Notes: generated from the sequence alone by a model not told the origin. Counted from the first letter of the whole stretch, positions 1-13,645 are shown. The stretch: 61,530 nucleotides of DNA, filler included, from Coriobacteriales bacterium (GCA_031263105.1; 5 parts of 5 records of this genome joined end to end with filler, not necessarily neighbours in it); one strand, 5' to 3'. Numbers and translations are program-made.

Positions 1-123
<123 letters not shown>

Positions 124-152
124 TCCTCGATAGTGGGGTTCCCTCTCTGCGC

Positions 153-1514
153 TTATGAATGCGATTCTTGGGGTCGGGCGTACTTGTCGTGGTGGACGCG
201 GGGGGCGTCCTGACGGGGCGGGGGCGCTATGACGAGAGTGACCTCGCCTTTGAGCGGGTTGCCGTCGCCCTCGCGCTCGGCAAGCTGGCGCGCCAGGTCG
301 GGAGCGGGCGCACGCAGCACCTCCTCGTGCAGCTTGGTGAGCTCGCGGGCCAGGACGACCTCCCTCCCGGCAAAGACCTCGGCGATGGCGGCGAGAGAAG
401 CGGCGGCGCGGCGCGGCGACTCGAAGAACACGAGGGCCGCATCGAGCTGCGCCAGGCCCTCAAGGGTCTTCATGATCTGTGCCCGCTTGCGTGGCAAAAA
501 GCCGCCGAAGTAGAAGGAACGCGCCACAAAGCCGCTCGCGACCAGCGCGGTGGGGACGGCGCTCGAACCGGGCAGCACCTCAAAGGGCAGCCCTGCCTCA
601 CGCACGGCGGCGACGAGGTGTGCGCCGGGGTCGGCAATGCCGGGCATGCCTGCGTCTGAGACGAGGGCGACCCTGCTCCCCTGCCGGATGCGCTCGATGA
701 TCCCAGGGCTGCGCTGGCGGATGGTGTTCTCGTCACAGCGCTCCAGCTTTGTGCGGACGCCCAGATGGCTGAGGAGGCCGTGCGCGACACGGGTGTCCTC
801 CGCAAGGACGAGGTCTGCGGCTCTCAGCGCTTCGATGACCCGCAGCGTCAGGTCCCCCAGATTGCCTATGGGAGTAGCACATATGGAGAGGATGCCGGAA
901 GCGGAGGCCGCGCACGTGTGACAGGGGGACGTATAATCTGTCACACGGCTCTCCTCCCTCACCCGCCCGCAAGCGACGCCCTCGCGCGTGACCGGCATCC
1001 CGTCGGCGAGCACATGTCCGGGCGCGACGTCGAGCAGAGGCGTCACCACGAAGTCGCGCTCCAAGGCACGCGGATGGGGCAGCAGCAGCTCGGGGTCGGC
1101 GCTCGTCACGCCCTCGAAGTCGACGATGTCCACGTCAAGGGTGCGCGGCCCGTTCGGCACCGTGCGGACGCGTCCGAACTCGTGCTCCAGCGCCTGCAAC
1201 ACATGAAGCAGGTCATAGGGCCCAAGCGCAGGGTCTACCTCGGCCCACAGCACCGCATTGCAGAATTCCGCCTGCTCCTCGAGATAGGCGGGCTCGGAAC
1301 GATAGAGGGGGCTCAGCTCCCAGGCGAGGATGCCAGGTGTACGCCCGATCCGCTCCGCAGCCGCCACGACCGCCGCCGCCGCATCGCCCACATTGGAGCC
1401 GAGCGCCATGAGGACGCACCGGCCGAGACGCAGATCCGGCCCGGCAGGCTGCGGGCTCGGGCCCACGACCTCCATCGGCCGGGCGGCCCCCCTCGTCTCC
1501 CTGGCGTCTTTCAT
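153..1514 (-). CDS. folK/rsmI: Fused FolK (HPPK) + 16S rRNA C1402 2'-O-methyltransferase RsmI
   Basis: N-half has ALGSNVG, SPLYRSEP, GPRTLDVDIV and LPHPRALERDFV (FolK). C-half has ATPIGNLGDL, AEDTR, VSDAGMPGIADPG, FESPRR, RELTKLHEE and KGEV (RsmI). ATGA overlap with the folP stop. Confidence 0.9.
   Translation of the reverse strand: MKDARETRGAARPMEVVGPSPQPAGPDLRLGRCVLMALGSNVGDAAAAVVAAAERIGRTPGILAWELSPLYRSEPAYLEEQAEFCNAVLWAEVDPALGPYDLLHVLQALEHEFGRVRTVPNGPRTLDVDIVDFEGVTSADPELLLPHPRALERDFVVTPLLDVAPGHVLADGMPVTREGVACGRVREESRVTDYTSPCHTCAASASGILSICATPIGNLGDLTLRVIEALRAADLVLAEDTRVAHGLLSHLGVRTKLERCDENTIRQRSPGIIERIRQGSRVALVSDAGMPGIADPGAHLVAAVREAGLPFEVLPGSSAVPTALVASGFVARSFYFGGFLPRKRAQIMKTLEGLAQLDAALVFFESPRRAAASLAAIAEVFAGREVVLARELTKLHEEVLRAPAPDLARQLAEREGDGNPLKGEVTLVIAPPPRQDAPRVHHDKYARPQESHS
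915..947. repeat. 33-bp hairpin repeat (CGTGTGACAG-GGGGACGTATAAT-CTGTCACACG) in the folK/rsmI linker
   Basis: Perfect 10-bp stem; related to the units in rsmA (61434-61530). Confidence 0.65.
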
Positions 1515-2386
1515 GGGACTCGCTCCAGGGCCTCAAGGGCCTTGAGCGCCTCGACGGTGGGCGCAACGTCGTGCACCCTGAGCACGTGGGCACCGCGACG
1601 GGCGGCGTAGAGTGCCACCACGACGGAGCCGACGACGCGTTCGGACGCCTTCTCGACACCCGTCAGCTCGCCGACAAAACGCTTGCGGGAGTAGGCGGCC
1701 ATGAGCGGATAGCCGAGCGAGGCGAACACGGAGGTCTGGCGCAGCAGCTCCAGGTTGTGCCCGAAGTCCTTGCCGAAGCCCGGCCCCGGGTCGATGCAGA
1801 TGCGCTCGGAGGCGACCCCTGCCGTCTCGAGCATATGCGCCTGTGCGAGCAGATAGTCGCGCACCTCTGAGGCGACGTCCTCGTACCAGGGGTCTGCCTG
1901 CATGTCCTTGGGCTCGCCGAGCATGTGCATGACGACGAGGCCCGCATCGCAGCCCACCGCGACATCGACCATCGTCCGGTCGCGAAAGCCCGAGACGTCG
2001 TTGATGACGACGGCACCCGCCTCGACGCAGGCCTGCGCGACCGCTGCATGCCGTGTGTCGATCGAGACGGGCACGCCCTCGTCGGCAAGCTGCTCGACGA
2101 CCGGCAGGGCCCGTGCGAGCTCTTCTGCGACCGGCACCTCGTCGGAGCCGGGGCGGGTGGACTCCCCTCCCACGTCGATGAGGTCCGCCCCCTGCGCCAC
2201 AAGCAGCCGGGCATGCGCGCAGGCGGCCTGCACCGTGTTGTGGCTGCCGCCGTCCGAGAACGAGTCCGACGTCACGTTGACGATGCCCATGACAAGGGGC
2301 CTGCCGAGGTCAAGCAGGTGGTCTGCGCACTGCCAGCGCCGCGCCCTCGTCCCGCGTTCAGCCGAAAATGAGGGAGAGGGCCTCAT
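1511..2386 (-). CDS. folP: Dihydropteroate synthase
   Basis: [30 protein letters not shown] and RVHDV motifs; start chosen at ATG 2386 (uncertain). Confidence 0.93.
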   Translation of the reverse strand: MRPSPSFSAERGTRARRWQCADHLLDLGRPLVMGIVNVTSDSFSDGGSHNTVQAACAHARLLVAQGADLIDVGGESTRPGSDEVPVAEELARALPVVEQLADEGVPVSIDTRHAAVAQACVEAGAVVINDVSGFRDRTMVDVAVGCDAGLVVMHMLGEPKDMQADPWYEDVASEVRDYLLAQAHMLETAGVASERICIDPGPGFGKDFGHNLELLRQTSVFASLGYPLMAAYSRKRFVGELTGVEKASERVVGSVVVALYAARRGAHVLRVHDVAPTVEALKALEALERVP

Positions 2387-2918
2387 CGCGTGTCCTTTGG
2401 GAGTCCTTGAATGCGCCGCGCACCGCAGAGGTGGTGGTGCGGGAGCCGGGCTTCTTGACACCGCGCATGGACATGCAGAGGTGCTCGGCCTCGATGACGA
2501 CTATCACGCCCTGGGGGTCGAGCTGCGAGACGATCGTGTCGGCGACCTGCGAGGTAAGGCGCTCCTGCACCTGCGGGCGGCGGGCGAACAGGTCGAGCAG
2601 CCGCGCCAGCTTGGAGAGGCCGCAGATACGGCCCTCCTTGCTAGGAATGTAACCGACATGCGCCATGCCGAAGAAGGGAACGAGATGATGCTCGCAGATG
2701 GAGTAGAACGGGATGTCCTTCACGAGCACCAGCTCGGTGTGGTTCTCGGCAAAGCTCTTCTCGAAAAGCCCTGTGGGGTCCGCGCCCAGGCCCGAGAACA
2801 CCTCCTCGTACATCTTGGCGACCCGTCGCGGCGTGTCGAGCAGGCCTTCCCGGCCCAGATCCTCCCCCACGCCTTCGAGAATCAGACGGACGCCCTGCTC
2901 TATCTTCTCGCGATCCAC
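2358..2918 (-). CDS. folE: GTP cyclohydrolase I
   Basis: [30 protein letters not shown] and HLCMSMRG motifs. Confidence 0.96.
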   Translation of the reverse strand: MDREKIEQGVRLILEGVGEDLGREGLLDTPRRVAKMYEEVFSGLGADPTGLFEKSFAENHTELVLVKDIPFYSICEHHLVPFFGMAHVGYIPSKEGRICGLSKLARLLDLFARRPQVQERLTSQVADTIVSQLDPQGVIVVIEAEHLCMSMRGVKKPGSRTTTSAVRGAFKDSQRTRDEALSLIFG

Positions 2919-2927
2919 GAAAGCCCC

Positions 2928-5152
<2,225 letters not shown>

Positions 5153-5156
<4 letters not shown>

Positions 5157-5308
5157 TGATTGCTCGCTTTCTGTTGCTCCCTGCCGACAGGCCCTGCCGG
5201 GATGCCTGCAAGGGTGCCGCCTGTGGGGGTGCCTTGGGAGGTGCCTGGGGAGATGCCGGCCGCCGGGCCGTCGTCCGTCGCCGGGCCGTCCACCGAGGTG
5301 CCGCTCAT
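5153..5308 (-). CDS. Putative 51-aa Gly/Pro-rich small ORF between hpt and ftsH
   Basis: ATGA overlap with the hpt stop and GTGA overlap with the inferred ftsH start. Confidence 0.35.
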
Positions 5309-5841
5309 GAATACACCTTCGGGTCGAGTATGCCGATATAGGGAAGGTTGCGGTAACGCTCCGCATAATCGAGCCCGTAACCGACGACGAACTCGTCGGG
5401 GCAACGGAGGCCGACGTACTTGCACGTGACGTCGGTTTCCTGCTTGCCTTCCTTGAGCAGCAGGGTCGCCACCCCGACGGAAAGCGGGCCACGCGACTTG
5501 AGGTTCTTCGAGAGGTACCGGAGGGTCAGTCCGCTGTCGAGGATGTCCTCCACGATAAGGACGTGCCGCCCTTCGATGCTGCCCTCGAGGTCCTTGATGA
5601 TACGGACGATGCCCGAGCTCTTCGCCTCGGCACCGTAGCTCGACACCGCCATGAAGTCGATCTCGACGTCGCCTTCGATGGCACGCACGAGGTCCGCCAT
5701 GAACACGAAGGCGCCTTTCAGCACCGTTATCAGCAATACCTTCTCCCCCGCGAAGTCCGCGCTGATCTGCGCGCCCATACGCTTGACGCAGGCATCTATC
5801 TCCTCGGCACTGAACAGTATCTTAGTAACATCCTCATGCAT
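5305..5841 (-). CDS. hpt: Hypoxanthine phosphoribosyltransferase
   Basis: VLKGAFVFMADL, IVEDILDSGLTL and FVVGYGLDYAERYRNLPYI. Confidence 0.96.
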   Translation of the reverse strand: MHEDVTKILFSAEEIDACVKRMGAQISADFAGEKVLLITVLKGAFVFMADLVRAIEGDVEIDFMAVSSYGAEAKSSGIVRIIKDLEGSIEGRHVLIVEDILDSGLTLRYLSKNLKSRGPLSVGVATLLLKEGKQETDVTCKYVGLRCPDEFVVGYGLDYAERYRNLPYIGILDPKVYS

Positions 5842-5935
5842 CGTCCTGCTCCTTTGGTAGCTGAGATGCCTCGCTCAAGAAACCGACGCCCCACCGGTTG
5901 CCACGTCGGGACAGGGCCCGCACCAAGACCTGCGC

Positions 5936-7144
5936 TCAGGCATGCCCCGAATCGTGCATCGGGCGATGCCTCGGGTCGTGCCTTGGCTTCTCGGCAGCCG
6001 TTTTCCGACGAATGACCAGTGTACCGTAAACGTTACGTACCGTCACATCGCCGGGAATATCCGTTGCAAAACCGATATGCCGCCCTTCGGCGACGATGTT
6101 CTCGATATGCCCAAAGGTAAGGCGCGCCGCAGGCGGCATCACACGCTTGCAGGCCGTGCGCACCACACGCCTCGCAAGCACACGGTCCTCGTCCAGCAGC
6201 GCGACATCGATGCTGAGCGCACCGTCCTTTCCTTCTTCGACGAAGCGCTCCTCCAGCTCGTCGGCAAGCCCCGCAAGGAACGCGTCCTCCGCGCTCAGGA
6301 CATCGAGCGAGCGCCCCACGCTCCGCAGCAGCTGCGGGTTGCGCGTCTGTAGGAGGGGGATAAGGTCGTGCCGCACGAAGGCCCTCAGCCGTCTCGTGTC
6401 CGCATTGCTGCCGTCCTCGCGCCACAGGGCGGGGGCGGGCGGGGCGGGGGCCGCGGCGAATGGGGCGGGGGCGGGGGGCTGCGGGTCGGCACTTGGGTCT
6501 GCGGTGGCGGTGGGCTGCGGATCGACCCCCAAGTCTGCCGGAGCAGCAAGCTGCGCGTCGGCACTTGAGGCGGCGAGGCCCCGCAGGTACGCGCGCAGCT
6601 CCTCCCGGGTGCAGTCAAGCAGCGGCCGTATGACCCTGCCGTTGACAAACGGAATGGATCCGAGCCCGCTGCCGCCCCCGCCGACCACGACGCGCATGAG
6701 GAAGGTCTCCACCCGGTCGTCGCGTGTATGGGCCGTGACGATGCGGCCCTGCCTGCCGTCGCAGCCCGCCTCTCGGCACAGGCGGTCGAGCAGTTCCTCG
6801 GCGGCCCGGTAGCGCACCTGCCTCCCCACATCCTCGACGTTCCCATTGACCTGCGCGGCAGCAAGCGCCGCGACATCGACGCGCCGCACCTCGCAGGCCA
6901 GCCCCCGTTCACGGGCAAGCCCCACGACGAAGCGCTCGTCGTCGTCCGCGTCCTGCCCACGCAACATATGGTTCACATGAAGAACGGTGTAGCGCCCCTG
7001 CGGATACCCCTGCGGCACCAGCCTCGCCAGCGCCACCGAGTCAGACCCCCCGCTCACCATAAGCACGACCGGCCCCGCCTCCGACAACATCCGGTGCGCT
7101 GCAACAGTCCTGCCTATACGCTCGATAAGACCCTGTTCGTCCAT
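5936..7144 (-). CDS. tilS: tRNA(Ile)-lysidine synthase
   Basis: PP-loop VSGGSDS, AHTRDDRVET, IRPLL and WRED; canonical tilS-hpt-ftsH order. Confidence 0.93.
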   Translation of the reverse strand: MDEQGLIERIGRTVAAHRMLSEAGPVVLMVSGGSDSVALARLVPQGYPQGRYTVLHVNHMLRGQDADDDERFVVGLARERGLACEVRRVDVAALAAAQVNGNVEDVGRQVRYRAAEELLDRLCREAGCDGRQGRIVTAHTRDDRVETFLMRVVVGGGGSGLGSIPFVNGRVIRPLLDCTREELRAYLRGLAASSADAQLAAPADLGVDPQPTATADPSADPQPPAPAPFAAAPAPPAPALWREDGSNADTRRLRAFVRHDLIPLLQTRNPQLLRSVGRSLDVLSAEDAFLAGLADELEERFVEEGKDGALSIDVALLDEDRVLARRVVRTACKRVMPPAARLTFGHIENIVAEGRHIGFATDIPGDVTVRNVYGTLVIRRKTAAEKPRHDPRHRPMHDSGHA

Positions 7145-7171
7145 GCTGTCATTCTACCGCAGCGAACCGTC

Positions 7172-7445
7172 GTGTGTGTTCACACCCCCACTGCCATCCC
7201 GAGCCCCCACTGTCATTCCGAGCCCCGTCGAGGAATCTTCGGGTTACCGTTCACACCCCACCGTCATTCCGGGCCCCGTCGAGGAATCTTTGGACACGCA
7301 GTGTCCAACGGCAGGTCAGGAAGCCGTTCGACCGGCAGTCGACCGCTTGCGCGGTCGAGGATCCCTCGACGGACTCGGGATGGCAGTGGGGGCGCGGGAT
7401 GACAGTGGGGGCTCGGGTAGATGACAGCAAGGGTGTCACAGTAAC
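7172..7445. mobile_element. Composite palindromic MITE-like repeat with 8-bp TSD GAACCGTC
   Basis: CCCCACTGTCATTCCGAG arms, inverted ATGACAGTGGGG arms, ends in GTAAC; GAACCGTC at 7164-7171 and 7446-7453. Confidence 0.75.
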
Positions 7446-7573
7446 GAACCGTCTGCCGCAGGCACCGAAAAACAAAGAGACGGCTACCTGAGCAGTAGCC
7501 GTCTCCAAAATCCCAAGCACGCCCGTCACACACCTTCAACAGGAGCAGGCGCCGCAATTGAGGGAAGCGCCGA

Positions 7574-9223
<1,650 letters not shown>

Positions 9224-9514
9224 TTAGTCTTCCAGAATCGCGTAGATGTCGTCGGCGCGGAGGATGAGCACATCCTCACCGTCCACCTTCACCTCGGTGC
9301 CGCCGTACTTGCTGTAGATGACGCTGTCACCCTCTTTTACCTGCGGCTTTATCAGGTTTCCCTGATTGTCCAACTTGCCTTCCCCGACGGCGATGACCTT
9401 CCCGCGCTGCGGCTTCTCCTGTGCGTTGCTTGCGAGCACAAGGCCTGACGCGGTGGTGGTCTCGGCCTCGTCCTGCTTGACGATGACCCGGTCTCCCAAC
9501 GGTTTAAGACTCAT
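9224..9514 (-). CDS. groES: Co-chaperonin GroES
   Basis: [17 protein letters not shown] and [10 protein letters not shown]. Confidence 0.99.
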   Translation of the reverse strand: MSLKPLGDRVIVKQDEAETTTASGLVLASNAQEKPQRGKVIAVGEGKLDNQGNLIKPQVKEGDSVIYSKYGGTEVKVDGEDVLILRADDIYAILED

Positions 9515-9560
9515 GTACCTGACCTCCTTCTATCGACTTTGATTAGGTCCTTACGTAGAC

Positions 9561-9587
9561 TTAGCACTCAAAGGGTCAGAGTGCTAA
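9561..9587. promoter_or_regulatory. CIRCE element (HrcA operator)
   Basis: Exact TTAGCACTC-N9-GAGTGCTAA upstream of groES. Confidence 0.97.
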
Positions 9588-9765
9588 GGGGCGGAGAAGA
9601 TGATACTGCAACGCCGCTTCTTTGCAAGGGGATATGGCCGCACGCCTCCCCCTTGTCACGTAACTGTAATCTTGATGCAGCAATCGTTTTCAGGGCTGTG
9701 CCCTCCGCACGGGGGGTGCAGGGGCGCAGGCGGGCGCGGCCTGCGGATGCCTGCGGATGCCGCTC

Positions 9766-11592
9766 TCAGGACTCGACGAGGGCGAGGAGGTCCTCCAAGG
9801 ACTTCTTGCCGAAGGAGATGCGCTCGTCGTCGATGACGACGGCAGGGACGCTCATGATGTTCCAGCGGCTCTTGAACGCGGGGAAGTGCGCCACGTCGAT
9901 CATCTCTGCGGTGACACACGGGCTGCGCAGCGCCATGAGCTGCGTGGCCGCCACCACGTCGGGACACAGGGTGCACGAGAGCGAGACGCCCACCTTGATG
10001 TCGACAGGGCGCTCAAGCGCTGCGATGCGTGTCGAAAGCGCCTCGTCGATGCCTTGGCCGGGCCCGCTCGCGTTGTAGAGCGCCAATACGAACGAGTTGA
10101 TCTCATGGCCGGCGGGGACGCCGTGGAACTGCACGCCCAGGGGACGCCCTTCTCCGTCCGCCAAGGCCATGGCAGGCATGACGTGTATCCCGAACTCCTG
10201 TTCGCGGGCAGGGTCGGCGTCCTTGCGGAGGAAGGAGACCTCGACCTTGTCCGTCAGACGCGCGAACTCGGAGAGGAAGCGGCGCATCTCCCGCTCGAGG
10301 TCGCTGCTGCCGTCGAAGAAGGCGACCAGGCCGACCTTCCGCTCGAAGCGCTCAAGGACGGGGGCAAGCTGTTCGGCGAGGTCGTCGTCGAAGAAGGCGG
10401 GGTCTGCAAAGGCCGTGGGAGCGGCGGTGCCGGGAGCGGAGGAGGATGCCGCAGCGCCAAGGGCGGCACCGGAGGCCAAGGTGGCTCCGGGGGCCACAGC
10501 GCCAGAGGCACCGGTATCGGCACCGGCACCGGCGGCCCCTGCCTCGGCGCCGATCTCGGGCAGGCCGAGCCGGGCGCGCGTCTTCTCCACATACCGCTCT
10601 GCGTTCGTCGCGGCGATGGCCCCGTCGGCGACTGCGGTCACCAGCTGACGGAGCTCCTTGGGACGCACGTCCCCTGCCGCGTAGACGCCGTCGACGGTGG
10701 TGCGCATCTGCTCGTCGGTGACGATGTAGCCGTGCTCGTCGAGCCGCAGGGCATCGGCGTACTCGCCGCTCTGCGGGAGGTATCCCACGAACACGAAGAC
10801 GCCGAAGCTCTCGCCCGAAGAAGCAACATCGTAGCGCCAGGTGCTGCCGTCCTTGTTGCTGCGGAAGACGGCGAAACGGGGGAGGTCGTCGCCGCCTACC
10901 TCGACGAGCTCCGTGTTGGGGCGCACCTCGACCTTGGGGTTCGCGGCCACCTTCTCCGCGATATGGCGCGGCACGCTGAGCTTGTCGCCACGCACGACGA
11001 GCGTGACCTTGCGGGCGAAGCGCGTGAGGAACAGCGACTCCTCGGCCGCAGCGAAGCCGCCCCCGACGACGAACACGTCCATGCCGCTGAAGAACTCGCC
11101 GTCGCAGGTGGCGCAGTACCCGATGCCCCGGCCCCGGTACTCCTCCTCGCCTTTGAACCCGAGCGTGCGGGGCACGGCGCCGGTGGCAACGACGACCGCA
11201 AGGGCCTCGTAGCAACCGTCCACCGTGCACACCCGCTTGATGGGGCCGGAGAAGTCGACGCGCTCGACGACCGCCTGGGCGAACGTGACGCCGAAGCCCT
11301 CCGCCTGCCTGCGCATGGTCTGGCTGAGCGCCTCGCCGGACACCTGGGGGACCCCGGGGTAGTTCTCGACCTCGCTGGTTATCTTGATCTGGCCGCCGGG
11401 CCGGTCGCGCTCAAGGACGAGGGTGACAAGCCGCGCCCGTCCCGCATAGATGGCGGCGCTCATGCCGGCACTGCCGGCTCCGATGACGACAAGGTCGTAG
11501 ACCCTGCCGCCGAGCACCTCTTCGGAAAGGCTACAGACGGGTCCGGACGACGCATCGTCTGGGGAGATGGCCTGTGCTGCTGTGTCGTTCAT
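9766..11592 (-). CDS. ahpF: AhpF-like protein: thioredoxin reductase domain plus C-terminal thioredoxin folds
   Basis: IGAGSAG, YCATCDG, VYAAGD, GHEINSFVLAL and CTLCP; follows ahpC. Confidence 0.85.
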   Translation of the reverse strand: MNDTAAQAISPDDASSGPVCSLSEEVLGGRVYDLVVIGAGSAGMSAAIYAGRARLVTLVLERDRPGGQIKITSEVENYPGVPQVSGEALSQTMRRQAEGFGVTFAQAVVERVDFSGPIKRVCTVDGCYEALAVVVATGAVPRTLGFKGEEEYRGRGIGYCATCDGEFFSGMDVFVVGGGFAAAEESLFLTRFARKVTLVVRGDKLSVPRHIAEKVAANPKVEVRPNTELVEVGGDDLPRFAVFRSNKDGSTWRYDVASSGESFGVFVFVGYLPQSGEYADALRLDEHGYIVTDEQMRTTVDGVYAAGDVRPKELRQLVTAVADGAIAATNAERYVEKTRARLGLPEIGAEAGAAGAGADTGASGAVAPGATLASGAALGAAASSSAPGTAAPTAFADPAFFDDDLAEQLAPVLERFERKVGLVAFFDGSSDLEREMRRFLSEFARLTDKVEVSFLRKDADPAREQEFGIHVMPAMALADGEGRPLGVQFHGVPAGHEINSFVLALYNASGPGQGIDEALSTRIAALERPVDIKVGVSLSCTLCPDVVAATQLMALRSPCVTAEMIDVAHFPAFKSRWNIMSVPAVVIDDERISFGKKSLEDLLALVES

Positions 11593-11618
11593 GGCGTTCG
11601 AGACCCGCTTCCTACGCC

Positions 11619-12182
11619 CTACAGCTTGCCGACGAGGTCGAGGCTCGGCTTGAGTGTCGCAGCGCCCGGACGCCACTTGGCGGGGCACACCTGGTCGCCG
11701 TGCTCGGCAACGAACTGGGCCGCCTGCACCTTGCGCAGAAGCTCGCTTGCCTCGCGGCCGATGCTGTTCTCGTTGACCTCGTAGCAGACGATCTTGCCCT
11801 CGGGGTTGATGACGAAACTGCCCCGCAGCGCCATGCCCTCGTCCTCGATATAGACCTCGAAGTCCTTGGCGAGCGCCGCTGTGGGGTCGCCGAGCATCGT
11901 GTACTGGATCTTCCTGATGGTCTCCGACGCATCGTGCCATGCCTTGTGCACGAAGTGGCTGTCGCACGAGACCGAGTACACCTCGCAACCGACCGCCTTG
12001 AAGGCCTCGTAGTGGTCCGCCAGGTCGCCGAGCTCCGTGGGGCACACGAAGGTGAAGTCGGCGGGGTAGAACACGAACACGCTCCAAGTGCCCAAGAGGT
12101 CGGACTTCGTGACCTCTTTGAAGTCGCCGCCTACGAACGCCTGGACCTTGAAATCGCTGATTTCTTTACCGATAAGTGACAT
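11619..12182 (-). CDS. ahpC: Alkyl hydroperoxide reductase C (2-Cys peroxiredoxin)
   Basis: FYPADFTFVCPTEL and VCPAKW; ends LDLVGKL. Confidence 0.97.
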   Translation of the reverse strand: MSLIGKEISDFKVQAFVGGDFKEVTKSDLLGTWSVFVFYPADFTFVCPTELGDLADHYEAFKAVGCEVYSVSCDSHFVHKAWHDASETIRKIQYTMLGDPTAALAKDFEVYIEDEGMALRGSFVINPEGKIVCYEVNENSIGREASELLRKVQAAQFVAEHGDQVCPAKWRPGAATLKPSLDLVGKL

Positions 12183-12338
12183 GGCCTATCCTTTCCTTTA
12201 TGTTTGACATTGATTGTCCCTCTGAGTGCCGCTGTACCGCAAACGAGTGCGGCCTGTGGTGCAAGACCCACTCTGCCGCCGACACGAACCCCTGTCAAGG
12301 GCAGCGAAGAAGACGCTACGGTTTTGTCACCATGAACG

Positions 12339-12621
12339 GTTACCGTCCACACCCCATTGCCACTGCCCGCGCCTCACTGTCATTGCCATGATAGGCTTGC
12401 CCTATCGTGGCAACAAGGCCTGTCAAGGGTTCAAGCGAAGCGTCCCTTGACAGCGCCTTATTCCGAGCGTAGCGAAGCGCAGCCGACCGCAGGCCGAGGC
12501 GCCTTCCGGTCGCAGTTGGTCGCTTCGCGTTCCATGGGCCTGTCGGCCCGTTCTCGCTGAGAACAGTCCGCCGGACTGTTCTCCGGGCGCTCGAACCCAA
12601 AGATTCCTCGCTGCGCTCGGA
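12339..12621. repeat. Left part of a composite palindromic repeat interrupted by IS200
   Basis: Starts GTTAC; CACTGTCATTGCCAT (12375-12389) is the exact inverse of 13284-13298; shares an internal cassette with 53036-53112. Confidence 0.65.
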
Positions 12622-13283
12622 GTAAGTATCCCCCGGCATAGCCGGGGGCTTTTATTAGGCCCTGGAAGGGCCAATACCGGCAGCGGCTAAAGCCGCGATG
12701 GCCCAGTGCATATCTTACCGGCTGCCCCTTAAAGGGGCCCTCGTGTCACTTTGATCTTCTGTCGTCTGTCTCCTGCCTCCTGATGTAGTCTTTTATCGTC
12801 GCCTCGTTTGTCCCGACCGTGTTTACGTAATACCCCCTTGCCCAAAAGCTCTTCTCCCTCTCACGCGTCCTGCGACACTCGGGCAGCGCATCTTGCAGCA
12901 TCAGTGCGCTTTTGCCCTTCAGATATCCCACGACACTCGAAACCGAGAGTTTTGGCGCTATCCTCATGCACAGGTGTATGTGGTCTGAGCACACCGTCCC
13001 TTCCACGATCTCTATTCCGTTCATCCTGTCCACCAATGTCTGTATGACTTCTCGTACCCTGCGTTTGTTGGCCCCATACAGGGTCTTCCTGCGATACTTC
13101 GGTATCCAGACGATGTGGTAGGCGCAGTCCCACACACTGTGTGCTAAACTCGAATCCTTCATTTGTCCTCCTGCCCTTTCGTGTGCTTATGCGATCTGAG
13201 CCATCGCAGATACATCATAGGACAGGAGAATTTCTTATGGTAAAACCGTTGCTGCAACCACAGGCCTAGCCTGTGGTTTCTTT
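12622..13283 (-). mobile_element. IS200-type insertion sequence (tnpA only)
   Basis: Lower GC; subterminal hairpins at 12630-12648 and 13256-13278; no TIR or TSD; ends inferred from restoring the host repeat. Confidence 0.8.
12746..13162 (-). CDS. tnpA: IS200/IS605-family Y1 transposase
   Basis: YHIVWIPKYRRK, DHIH (HUH), LKGKS, FWARGY and YIRRQ. Confidence 0.96.
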   Translation of the reverse strand: MKDSSLAHSVWDCAYHIVWIPKYRRKTLYGANKRRVREVIQTLVDRMNGIEIVEGTVCSDHIHLCMRIAPKLSVSSVVGYLKGKSALMLQDALPECRRTREREKSFWARGYYVNTVGTNEATIKDYIRRQETDDRRSK

Positions 13284-13545
13284 ATGGCAATGACAGTGGG
13301 GGCGGACAGCAACAGTGGGATGTGGACAGTGGGACAGTAGCCCATGGAACAGCAACAGTGGGGGGTGGGGGGTGGGGGGTGGGGGCGGGCAGACAGCGGG
13401 GGGGTGGGCGGTAGCCCATGGGCGTCAGACGCCGACACCGACGCGGCGACGAGCGACCGCGGGGGGGGGGGGGGGGGGCCGGGCGGTGTGGACGAGGGCA
13501 CCTGGCGGTCTGCGCGGGCGGGGGGGGTGGAGCCGCCGCCCGGCG

Positions 13546-13645
13546 NNNNNNNNNNNNNNNNNNNNNNNNNNNNNNNNNNNNNNNNNNNNTTAATTAATTA
13601 ANNNNNNNNNNNNNNNNNNNNNNNNNNNNNNNNNNNNNNNNNNNN
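13546..13645. other. Assembly gap/contig spacer
   Basis: N run containing TTAATTAATTAA. Confidence 0.98.

Noticed and set aside
12746..13162. TnpA as the RAYT or mobiliser of the MITE family
   Set aside because: It has canonical IS200 motifs and its own hairpin ends, and Y1 transposases do not generate 8-bp TSDs.
13546..13645. TTAATTAATTAA motif recurring four times
   Set aside because: It is embedded in N runs and is an artificial all-frame-stop contig linker.
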